Position numbers and translations under genes: made by a program
IMG/VR virus record: IMGVR_UViG_3300017988_000211
Coordinates: 1-24,743 of that record
Reading direction: 5' to 3' (one strand)
DNA length: 24,743 nucleotides
From: a virus
Taxonomy: Duplodnaviria > Caudoviricetes
Notes under the pieces: model-generated
Told to the model about the DNA's origin: nothing
Databases searched by the model: none
Seen by the model: the letters and a program-made list of their open reading frames with translations, nothing else
Shown: piece by piece, positions 8,961 through 16,523 of the stretch
How positions within the stretch are numbered: the stretch's first letter is position 1
Layout: the number at the start of each line of letters is the position of its first letter

Positions 8961-11954
8961 CTAGGGCTCTCCGTAGGGGGTCCAGGTCGCGGTCGGGGTC
9001 GCGGTATGCGACCAGTTTGGCGTGGCCGTTGGGGTAAATGTGTGCGACCAGTTGGGGGTCGCGGTCGGCGTCCATGTTGGAGTCGGTGAAATAGAGAACG
9101 TGGGCGAGATTGAGAAGGTCGGCGAGATCGTCGTAGTTGGGACGAGCGTCGCCGTATAGGTCGTCGTGCAGTTTGGGGCACTGGGAAGCTCAGCCATGAC
9201 AACCCCTATCCCAGGGTTGTGTTTTGTCGCCTTGTAGGTCACAGAAGAGGATATCCGCGAGCAACAGTAATCATCCTCAGAGGCAAAGGTCCCGTAGTTG
9301 TTGAAATAGTAGGAATTGGTGAATCCACCAGGCCAAGAGAGGAGCCCATAAAGTCCAGCGTATCCGGCCATGACGAGGCTTATGCTCGCCTGAGAGGTGA
9401 ACGTGCAGGTCACGCTTTGGCTCTGCTGCCCTTCCTGCGGTGAAACGGCCCCGTTGACGTTGAGCTGGCCTACCACGTCATAGATGCCCTGGTACTCCGA
9501 GATCGCCACCGCATCGACGTTTATCATTCCCGTTGAAGGCTGGGTGATGACGAGGTTCTGCTGGCCCATTCTCCAATTGCTACCAAGGAAAACGTGCCAG
9601 AGTTCGCAGCCTTCGGTGTACATAAGCGAAGGGATCTGGATATCCGCCGTCAAAGTCAGCGACCCGAAGGTCATGGAGGTAATTGTGCTCGCGTTGTCCT
9701 GGTTGTTTGTCGCCACCAAGACCGTAAGCATATCCGCAAAGGCGCCTGAGTCCGGGGAATAAGGGATTGTGATGATCGGAGAGTTTGCCGCCGTTACCGT
9801 CATGCCCTCGTCCCAGGAAGGACCAAAGCCGCAGGGCGGAGGCGTCTGGGTCGGGGTTATGCTCGCAACCGGGGAGACAGTCATCGTCGGCGTAAATGTC
9901 GGGGTCGTCCCGCCGCTAAAATTCAGCGTCAGCATGACTGCTCCCGTGGCCGTAACGTACTGCGAGTAGGAACCAGAGTAGGTCCCCACGTTAGAATGAG
10001 CCCAGAGGTCACGGACGACCGCCGAACCGGATGGAAGCACTTGGTTCCCGCCAACGCTGACAGGCCAGGTTACGGTCATTGTCTGGCCCGAGTTGCTCCC
10101 GTTGAAAAGCATGACGGAATAAGTGCTTGCCGAAGTGTTGGTCATTGACTTAGCAAAGACCTCAACGTTGGTCGAAGGGTTGGAAACGAGTTCGGCACCC
10201 CACCCGTTATGATCAATGGCGATGACTTCAGCGTTCTCAAGGGTTGTAAGGGACTGGGCGCTTTGCGTGACGTTGTCCCAAAGGCCAAGATACATACCCT
10301 GCTCACAGACCGCTGAGAAATAGCCCTGGTCCTGCCAAGCGGTCATCCCATCGTTTCCGATAGGGCCATCCCAGATATCAAAGCCGTTGCCTGGGTTGTT
10401 GTAGCCCCAGAGCGGATAGTCAAGGTTCCACTGATTCAAGAAGTTTGACCAAGGCCCTCCACCTCCATAGATCGCCGTCCACCATCCGTTTGTTCCCACG
10501 GACCCGGACCAAGTATAGTTCGCTGGGCCTGTTCCAAACCCCCAGCTTTCAAAGGTCATGACCCGGCTGCTGGAGTTGTATTCAATCGCATTGTTGAAAA
10601 CAATTGCCTCCGCCTCAACCGTGTTCGACATGGAGCATGTATCCATAGTGATGTCGTCGGTTCCGTCTGCCGCAAGGTCGTTTATGTCTGTCGTTTCGTA
10701 GCCGTAGCTGCCAGGGGAGGAAGTCCCACACTGGATGCTACCTCCGTCAAGATACATGCTCAATTTCAGGGGGATCGCCTCCGCGTGGCAGTAGGCGGCA
10801 ACTGTGGCGATATTGAGCCCAGCGATAGCCACAAGATGCCCGTTGGATCTGGTGGCCTGAGCCCAGCCCGAGTCAATATGGAGGCTCGTGTATCCTGCCG
10901 CAGCAAGTCCCGTCGCCTCCATTGCATCCGCCAAGGCTTCACAGGCGACGGTGCTGTTGGTCAGCGAAGCAACCCCCATCCAAGGTGCATTTAGAGGGTG
11001 AAGGACCGGGCCGGGAGTAAACGAGGGCGTTGGGGAAACCGAGAAAGTCGGAGAAATCGTCGGGCTTATGGTTGGAGATCCCGAAGGACCCGAAAGCGTG
11101 TCGTTGGCCTTGAAGGTATAGACCCAGTAACCTCCTGTGTTTGAAATCGTGCAGGAGGTGCAGGACCATTCCGGGTCCGTGTTTGGGTTTGAGAGGATGA
11201 CGATGCCCGAGCCGCCATTGCCTCCGGTGGTTCCTCCCCCGGTCGAAGATCCACCCGCGCCACCGCCGCCCGAGCCTGTGTTCGCCGTTGCAGCGGTTCC
11301 GTTGGAATTTCCTGTTCCGCCCGCACCGCCGCCGCCTGAGCCACCCGAGCCAGCCGTAGCGCCGCCCGCGCCGCCGCCGCCTGCATAGGTGTTTCCGGTT
11401 ATCGGGTCCACCGCTCCAGAACCGCCGCTGCCTCCAACCCCTGACGTGGCATTTGCTCCCGTGGACCCAGCGCCGCCACCACCGCCGCCCGCATTAGGGG
11501 CGGTCCCCAAGCATCCGTTGCTATACCCATTACCTCCGGCATTAGCCAAAGCCCCGCTTGCGGAGCATCCTGAATAGTAATTGGTTGGGCATACGCTGTC
11601 ATAGCCGCAACCACCACCGCCAGAGCCGCCGCTGGTACATCCTCCGCCAGTCCACCCGCCGCCTCCGCCCCCACCCTTTGCCACGGCCAAGGTTCCAATA
11701 CTGGTTGTTCCGCCTGATCCGCCAGGACCAGTATAGGTAGCTGCCCCGGTTCCGCCTGATCCAATCGTAATTACAACGCTATTTCCAACGGCGACTGTTC
11801 CTGTGAGCATTTGCCCAGCACCGCCGCCTCCCTCTGTAGCATATACAGATCCTCCGCCACCACCACCACCGCCACCTCCAATCACGGTGTCATTAAAGTT
11901 CTCAGCGTGAGCCGAGCCTAATGCCATGATGAGGATAAGGCAAAATGCTTTCAC
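8961..11954 (-). CDS. Secreted mosaic protein: signal peptide + Gly-rich domain + GH27 (alpha-galactosidase/melibiase)-like domain + beta-sandwich + Pro/Thr tail
   Basis: Signal MKAFCLILIMALGSAHA and GGGGAG repeats. GH27-like motifs PWMG, ADAMEATGLAAAGY..HIDSGW, PGSYGYE, GTDDITMDTC, LENAEVIAID, and C-terminal domain EVFAKSM..VMLFN..VRDLW. S/T/P linkers separate the domains. Confidence 0.8.
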   Translation of the reverse strand: MKAFCLILIMALGSAHAENFNDTVIGGGGGGGGGGSVYATEGGGGAGQMLTGTVAVGNSVVITIGSGGTGAATYTGPGGSGGTTSIGTLAVAKGGGGGGGWTGGGCTSGGSGGGGCGYDSVCPTNYYSGCSASGALANAGGNGYSNGCLGTAPNAGGGGGGAGSTGANATSGVGGSGGSGAVDPITGNTYAGGGGAGGATAGSGGSGGGGAGGTGNSNGTAATANTGSGGGGAGGSSTGGGTTGGNGGSGIVILSNPNTDPEWSCTSCTISNTGGYWVYTFKANDTLSGPSGSPTISPTISPTFSVSPTPSFTPGPVLHPLNAPWMGVASLTNSTVACEALADAMEATGLAAAGYTSLHIDSGWAQATRSNGHLVAIAGLNIATVAAYCHAEAIPLKLSMYLDGGSIQCGTSSPGSYGYETTDINDLAADGTDDITMDTCSMSNTVEAEAIVFNNAIEYNSSSRVMTFESWGFGTGPANYTWSGSVGTNGWWTAIYGGGGPWSNFLNQWNLDYPLWGYNNPGNGFDIWDGPIGNDGMTAWQDQGYFSAVCEQGMYLGLWDNVTQSAQSLTTLENAEVIAIDHNGWGAELVSNPSTNVEVFAKSMTNTSASTYSVMLFNGSNSGQTMTVTWPVSVGGNQVLPSGSAVVRDLWAHSNVGTYSGSYSQYVTATGAVMLTLNFSGGTTPTFTPTMTVSPVASITPTQTPPPCGFGPSWDEGMTVTAANSPIITIPYSPDSGAFADMLTVLVATNNQDNASTITSMTFGSLTLTADIQIPSLMYTEGCELWHVFLGSNWRMGQQNLVITQPSTGMINVDAVAISEYQGIYDVVGQLNVNGAVSPQEGQQSQSVTCTFTSQASISLVMAGYAGLYGLLSWPGGFTNSYYFNNYGTFASEDDYCCSRISSSVTYKATKHNPGIGVVMAELPSAPNCTTTYTATLVPTTTISPTFSISPTFSISPTPTWTPTATPNWSHTFTPTATPNWSHTATPTATWTPYGEP

Positions 11955-12979
11955 GCTCTGCGCTCCGTCGAACAGGGCCTGCGATACGGGATTGCCACGT
12001 CATCACATGGATCAAAGTCCCAAAAAGCCCTAAGAGGTAAGCTCCAAGGAATCATAGGAAAATCATCAACAGGAACATATAAAGGAGTTGAAGTTGGTGT
12101 AGCGGTTGGAGTTGCAGTTGGAGTGAACGTTGGGGTGAATGTTGGAGTAGACGTAGGCGTCACCGTCGGCGTCCAGGTCGGCGTGGACGTCGGCGTGGTG
12201 CTGGGCGTGGCGGTCGGTGTCCACGTGGGCGTGCTCGCGACGACGCCCTGGATCTCGGACATGATCTCCGCGCCATAGACGCTTGCATTGAAATTGAAGT
12301 ACCCGTTGTAGGTGCCGATCGAAAGATTCAACGTGTTGTAATCGCCGCCCGTCGGATTGATCACGCTCGACTGCTGCAGCTGCGTCATGAGCCCGCTATT
12401 GTAGCTGTTGATCACGGTGGGCGAATTGCCCCAGCTGATCGAGACGTCGATGATTGAATTTGCGACCGTGGTCGTGAGACTGACGGACATGAGCGCGGAA
12501 TTGCCGGGAACCTCACCCTTGGCGTCGTCCTTGAAGGGCGTCGTCTGATTCACGCCCGAATACTCTTCGTAATCGATCGTCACGCCCTGATTGTTGGCCG
12601 TGGCCGCTGTCAAGGTCACGGTGAAGGTCGCGCCCGTGCTATTGGCCGGGTTCAGGAGATACCAAACTTCATCTCCGTAATATTGGTTCGTGCCGCTGGC
12701 TGGATAGCGGTCATACAGCGTCATCGCGCTCGTGCCCCATTCAGCTGTGGACACGTTGCCGCTCGGGGTGATCCAGTAGTGAGCGTGGAGGACGAGCATC
12801 TTGTTCGTCCCGGATCCGGACGTCGAGTAACTGGAGGTCGTGTAGTGACTCGCGCCCGTGGACGGACTCGCTGAGTACATGCCGCTATTGATGTAGACGG
12901 GGTTCGTCGCGTGAGCGGCGTTGACGAGCAGGAGCAAGGCCGCTAAGAGGGCGAAGGTGAAGCGCGGAAGGCGGGTCAT
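11951..12979 (-). CDS. Secreted Ser/Thr-rich beta-sandwich protein with Pro/Thr repeat tail
   Basis: 342 aa with signal MTRLPRFTFALLAALLLLVNAAHA and TPT(W/A/S/V/F) repeats near the C-terminus. Confidence 0.8.
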   Translation of the reverse strand: MTRLPRFTFALLAALLLLVNAAHATNPVYINSGMYSASPSTGASHYTTSSYSTSGSGTNKMLVLHAHYWITPSGNVSTAEWGTSAMTLYDRYPASGTNQYYGDEVWYLLNPANSTGATFTVTLTAATANNQGVTIDYEEYSGVNQTTPFKDDAKGEVPGNSALMSVSLTTTVANSIIDVSISWGNSPTVINSYNSGLMTQLQQSSVINPTGGDYNTLNLSIGTYNGYFNFNASVYGAEIMSEIQGVVASTPTWTPTATPSTTPTSTPTWTPTVTPTSTPTFTPTFTPTATPTATPTSTPLYVPVDDFPMIPWSLPLRAFWDFDPCDDVAIPYRRPCSTERRA

Positions 12980-12982
12980 GGG

Positions 12983-13486
12983 TTAATACGGCCAATTGGT
13001 AGGAAGGTAGTACCAGCAGGAGGTCGTGATTGCCGTGGGGGTCGTTCCACCTGCGGCGAAAGGAACGCCTATGCTCGGGGGAGTGTCGACGTAGAGGTAG
13101 CGGGCGATCTTGGGGATGGCGTAGCAGCCGATTTGGTTCGGTCCCCCTGGGATCGCGTAGGAGGTGAAGGTCCCCGCCGAAACGGTCGTCCCCGCCGTGT
13201 AGGAGGTCGAGTTGCTGGTCCACCAGACCCGAAGGTTCGCTCCTCCCGTTGAGGTGACGTTGAGGAAGAAGCACCCGACGAGGCCAAGGTCCACCGTCGC
13301 GGAGGCCGTCCCGGTCAGCGCCTTGTTGAGCAGATAGGTCGCTGTCCCGGTCGCCTGGTGGGCGCAATAGTCCGGGTTCAGCGTTCCGGTCGGCTGGTTA
13401 TTGTACGGGCTCGCTGCGCTTGCGAACGAGCTGATGCCTAGTATCGCGCACAGGAACAGTGTGAATAGGAATAGGCGGCGGAGCAT
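12983..13486 (-). CDS. Secreted small beta-rich protein with four Cys in the mature part
   Basis: Start reassigned to ATG at 13486 (AGGGGG SD), giving 167 aa. Signal MLRRLFLFTLFLCAILGISSFASA; ARYLYV strand motif. Confidence 0.75.
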   Translation of the reverse strand: MLRRLFLFTLFLCAILGISSFASAASPYNNQPTGTLNPDYCAHQATGTATYLLNKALTGTASATVDLGLVGCFFLNVTSTGGANLRVWWTSNSTSYTAGTTVSAGTFTSYAIPGGPNQIGCYAIPKIARYLYVDTPPSIGVPFAAGGTTPTAITTSCWYYLPTNWPY

Positions 13487-13838
13487 CTTTTTCCCCCTGG
13501 GAGGTGGGCCGCCCTCGCGCTGCATCAAGCGCTTGCGGCAGGATTTCCCGGAGTCGGTCCTTATTGATGAGCCGCTTCCGGACCAAAAGCTTAAAGACGG
13601 AGATATAGCCCCTGGCTACGCGCCCCGCCTTGTCAATGAAGTCGTACTTGGGAAAGGAACCGTGGAAAGGGGACGGGTAGCCGCAGACCTCGCAGAGTCC
13701 ATACAGGCCCGAGTCTGGGTGATAGGAGCGCCGCTCGTAGATCATCGAGCTCCGCTTGCTCCTGCTCGGGAAGGTCCTGAGGTTGCCATTGAGCTTCCTC
13801 AGGGTCCTGTAGAACTCTTCAAAAGATATGCTGCTCAC
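13398..13838 (-). CDS. Hypothetical basic phage protein downstream of the capsid gene
   Basis: GTG start after AAGGGGG; 146 aa with CEVC and RGYISVFKLLVRKRLI. Its 3' end overlaps the next gene by 89 nt. Confidence 0.6.
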   Translation of the reverse strand: MSSISFEEFYRTLRKLNGNLRTFPSRSKRSSMIYERRSYHPDSGLYGLCEVCGYPSPFHGSFPKYDFIDKAGRVARGYISVFKLLVRKRLINKDRLREILPQALDAARGRPTSQGEKDAPPPIPIHTVPVRDTRHQLVRKRSEPVQ

Positions 13839-13866
13839 CCGTCCCCCTTTTCACGAGTTTTGGATC

Positions 13867-14130
13867 TTAGTCCACGCCCTTGTCTTCGCTCTCCGGAACC
13901 TCGCGATTCTGGTTGACGAAGCCGCCACGCGCCTTCAGGAGGTTCTCAGGACCGACGACCTCCTTGAACGCCTTGGTGTAGTTGCCTTCGCCCTTGTTCC
14001 GCAGGTCCGATCCAGCCGCAAAGATCTGGATGGAACGGCCCTGAGCATCGGCTTCGACGTTGATGTTCTCGCCGTCGCCAATTTCCGAAGCCTCCCGGAA
14101 GGGAGGCGCCATGCCCTTGTCCTTCATCAT
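13867..14130 (-). CDS. Hypothetical protein (head module)
   Basis: 87 aa, GGAGG SD upstream, tightly packed, high-GC3 codons. Confidence 0.7.
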   Translation of the reverse strand: MMKDKGMAPPFREASEIGDGENINVEADAQGRSIQIFAAGSDLRNKGEGNYTKAFKEVVGPENLLKARGGFVNQNREVPESEDKGVD

Positions 14131-14133
14131 GAC

Positions 14134-14529
14134 TCAGTCCTCCAGCGGCGAGAGAGCCGCGATCGAGACGCCCCGCTTCGGCACCGGGAACTGCACCTGA
14201 GCGGAGAACGTGACGCCCTCGTAGGTGGTGACGTCCACGAGAACGGCCTGGGTGATGTTCCTGACTTCCTGGTTCGGGCCGACTTTCATCGGCACAACCT
14301 GGGTCACCACATTCCCCTTCTCGTCGCGCTGCGGGCCGCGAGAGACATTGGAGCCTGTGACGAGCAACAGGTGGGTGCTGACTTTCTTGGTCCTCGGGTC
14401 CGTCTCCGTCAGATTGACGAAGGTTCCGACCTTCGGAGACCACGCCGGAGCGGCAGGAGCCGCAGCCGGGGGTGGGGTTTTAGCCGGAGCGGCAGGAGCC
14501 GCAGCCGGAGTAGCGTCATCGGTGGGCAT
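14134..14529 (-). CDS. Hypothetical protein with Ala/Pro linker N-terminus (possible capsid accessory)
   Basis: 131 aa, GGGAGG SD, directly after the major capsid gene. Confidence 0.7.
   Translation of the reverse strand: MPTDDATPAAAPAAPAKTPPPAAAPAAPAWSPKVGTFVNLTETDPRTKKVSTHLLLVTGSNVSRGPQRDEKGNVVTQVVPMKVGPNQEVRNITQAVLVDVTTYEGVTFSAQVQFPVPKRGVSIAALSPLED
14444..14508. repeat. 26-bp exact direct repeat encoding PAAAPAAPA twice
   Basis: GCCGGAGCGGCAGGAGCCGCAGCCGG at 14444-14469 and 14483-14508. Confidence 0.9.
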
Positions 14530-14571
14530 TTTCCGATCCTCCCTATGATGGTTTCTAACAGACCTTCCGGA

Positions 14572-15513
14572 TTAGAAGGTCTGCTCCGAGACAGCGGACT
14601 CGACGATGAAGCCACGGATGCCGTCGCTGATGTCGCCAGCGGCATAGGTGGCTTTCCAGCCGACCGTTCCGACCTGGCCGAGCGGGTTGGCGGCGTTGAC
14701 GTTCGTCGCCGGGCTGACGAACAGCGAGAAGGGCATCGACTCCACGTCCACGTTCAGGAGCGCGTCGGGGCCTCCGGCGATGGACTGGTAGACGGTGACT
14801 CCGTTCGTCTGCGTCTGCTGGATGTTCGAGGAGCTGACGATCCGGAACCCGGCCAGGCGCGTGAGCTCGCCCGTCCAGATGCCGTCCGACTGGTCCCCGC
14901 CCATGGCGCGGCGCTGGACGTCCAAAGTGCCGCCGACCTTGTCGTCGATGTCCAGGTCGTACTGCTGGTCGGGATGGATGATCCAGTTGTACAGGTCATC
15001 GTCTCCCGGCATGACGTCCTTGGCCTGGAAGATCTTGCGGATGCGCCGGATCTGCTGGGCCGTGATCACGTCTCCCGCGTCGATCGTGCCCGCCGTCTTG
15101 TTGTTGGCGTAGAGCACGGTCCAGGCGCCCAGGATGACGTTCATCGTGACCGTATCCAGGGTTAAAGCGGCGTTATAGCCGAGCACCTTCGTCGCGACAT
15201 CCATCATGGAGCTACGGCCAGTGACTTCCAGAAGGTCGGAAATCTTGACGTAGGCGCCCCACTGCTGGAGGGTCGTCGTGTAGGTGTTCGTGGTGATCGC
15301 GATGTCTGCGGGAGCGGTTCCTTCGGTCAGCGCCGTGGTCTGGGCTGCGACCGGGATGGGACGCCCGGTGGAGAGGGTCTGGCCGCTGTAGCGGTCGATC
15401 TCTTCCTGGGTCCCCAGCTTGGCGACGTAGAGCTTCTTCCTCAAGAAGCTTTGCGAGCGCTTCTTGTAGTAGGTCATCGCCGCCGCGCTGACTGTTGCGG
15501 TTGTCATGGACAT
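14572..15513 (-). CDS. Major capsid protein (N4-gp56-like HK97 fold)
   Basis: 313 aa with motifs TALTEGTAP, TLQQWGAYVKISD, IIHPDQQYDL, GELTRLAGFRIV and NPLGQVGTVGWK; follows the scaffold gene. Confidence 0.9.
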   Translation of the reverse strand: MSMTTATVSAAAMTYYKKRSQSFLRKKLYVAKLGTQEEIDRYSGQTLSTGRPIPVAAQTTALTEGTAPADIAITTNTYTTTLQQWGAYVKISDLLEVTGRSSMMDVATKVLGYNAALTLDTVTMNVILGAWTVLYANNKTAGTIDAGDVITAQQIRRIRKIFQAKDVMPGDDDLYNWIIHPDQQYDLDIDDKVGGTLDVQRRAMGGDQSDGIWTGELTRLAGFRIVSSSNIQQTQTNGVTVYQSIAGGPDALLNVDVESMPFSLFVSPATNVNAANPLGQVGTVGWKATYAAGDISDGIRGFIVESAVSEQTF

Positions 15514-15554
15514 GACTGGGGCCTCTGAGGGTGGCCCCGAGCCTACTTACCCAA

Positions 15555-16523
15555 TTATCTGCGCTGGTTCACTTGGCGGGAGAGCGACTTCTCGATGACG
15601 TCCATCGGAAGCTTTTCCCGTTCCTCTTCGGACATGGAGTTGATCTCGGCCTCGGTCAGCTTCTTCTCGCCGCCCGGAGCGACTGCCCCGCTTGCCTTGA
15701 AGCTGCGACCACCCTTGCCGGACTCCTGAGCCTGCTTTGCCGCGACCTCAGCCCCTTTGGCCTGGACGGTCTTGGAGCGCTCTTGGAGAGCTCGCAGGAT
15801 CAGCTCATGTGGGTCCCAGCTCTTGACGATCCGGTCCAGGCGGGCTGTGGCGGCCGCGTCCCCTGCTTGCGAGGCGGTCATATCGTCTTCCATCAGCTTC
15901 TTCATGATCGGATCGACTTCTTTCGTGTCGATCCCCATGTCGGTTACCTGCTTCCGGATCCCGTCGCGGAACGAGACCAACTGGCTTTCGGCCTGCTGCT
16001 TCTGGAGGAACTGGATGATTGGGCCATATTGCGCCTCGACCATCGTGCTCAGTTCCTTCCCCATGAACTCTTTGAGGAACTTTTCCGCCTCCGTGCGCTG
16101 CGCCTCTTGGGCCTGCTGCTCGGGGGTCAATGGGGTGGCTGGCGCGGCTGGCTTGGCTTCGAGCTGCTTCTGCACCCGGTCGAGCTGGGCGCGGAGCGCT
16201 GCGTAGCTTCTGTTCTCTCGCGTCAGTTGGGACAGAGTGTTCTCAAGAGCCGCGTACTTGGCCTGGAGCTGTTTGAGGGAGTCTGCTGCGCTCGGCTCTG
16301 TTACCGCCGGGGCTCCTCCCTTCCCTGCATCCACTCCTGCCGTTCCTTCAGCGCTTGCGCCCGTCTTCCCTGCTTCCACGCCTCCTGCACCTTTGTCCGC
16401 CGAAGCCGCTTGGTCTCCCTTGGGTGCGCTGCCTTGCATCGGCAGGTCTTTCCCAAGTTCCTCCATCGACATATCTTTGAACTCTTCTGTGCCGGGCATG
16501 TCTGAGCTGAGTTCTTCGGGCAT
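15555..16523 (-). CDS. Capsid scaffolding protein
   Basis: 322 aa with an acidic disordered N-terminus, coiled coil and C-terminal INSMSEEERE helix; GGAGG SD; between portal and MCP. Confidence 0.75.
   Translation of the reverse strand: MPEELSSDMPGTEEFKDMSMEELGKDLPMQGSAPKGDQAASADKGAGGVEAGKTGASAEGTAGVDAGKGGAPAVTEPSAADSLKQLQAKYAALENTLSQLTRENRSYAALRAQLDRVQKQLEAKPAAPATPLTPEQQAQEAQRTEAEKFLKEFMGKELSTMVEAQYGPIIQFLQKQQAESQLVSFRDGIRKQVTDMGIDTKEVDPIMKKLMEDDMTASQAGDAAATARLDRIVKSWDPHELILRALQERSKTVQAKGAEVAAKQAQESGKGGRSFKASGAVAPGGEKKLTEAEINSMSEEEREKLPMDVIEKSLSRQVNQRR

Noticed and set aside
8953-9075. N-terminal extension of the adaptor ORF (MDADRDPQLVAH repeats)
   Set aside because: It is an alternative-frame reading of the upstream Pro/Thr repeat; GTG 8952 has an SD and follows the upstream stop.
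12217-12232. Second CACGTG core as another parS
   Set aside because: The flanks do not match the TGTT..AACA arms.
12060-12240. Short tandem repeats as a possible CRISPR array or DGR repeat
   Set aside because: They are degenerate 12-nt coding repeats (TPTx) with no unique spacers. No reverse transcriptase or adenine-specific repeat pair was seen.
13487-13500. Programmed -1 frameshift at GGGGGAAAAAG
   Set aside because: It is not in X XXY YYZ register for the upstream ORF, and the run is explained as the SD of the downstream gene.
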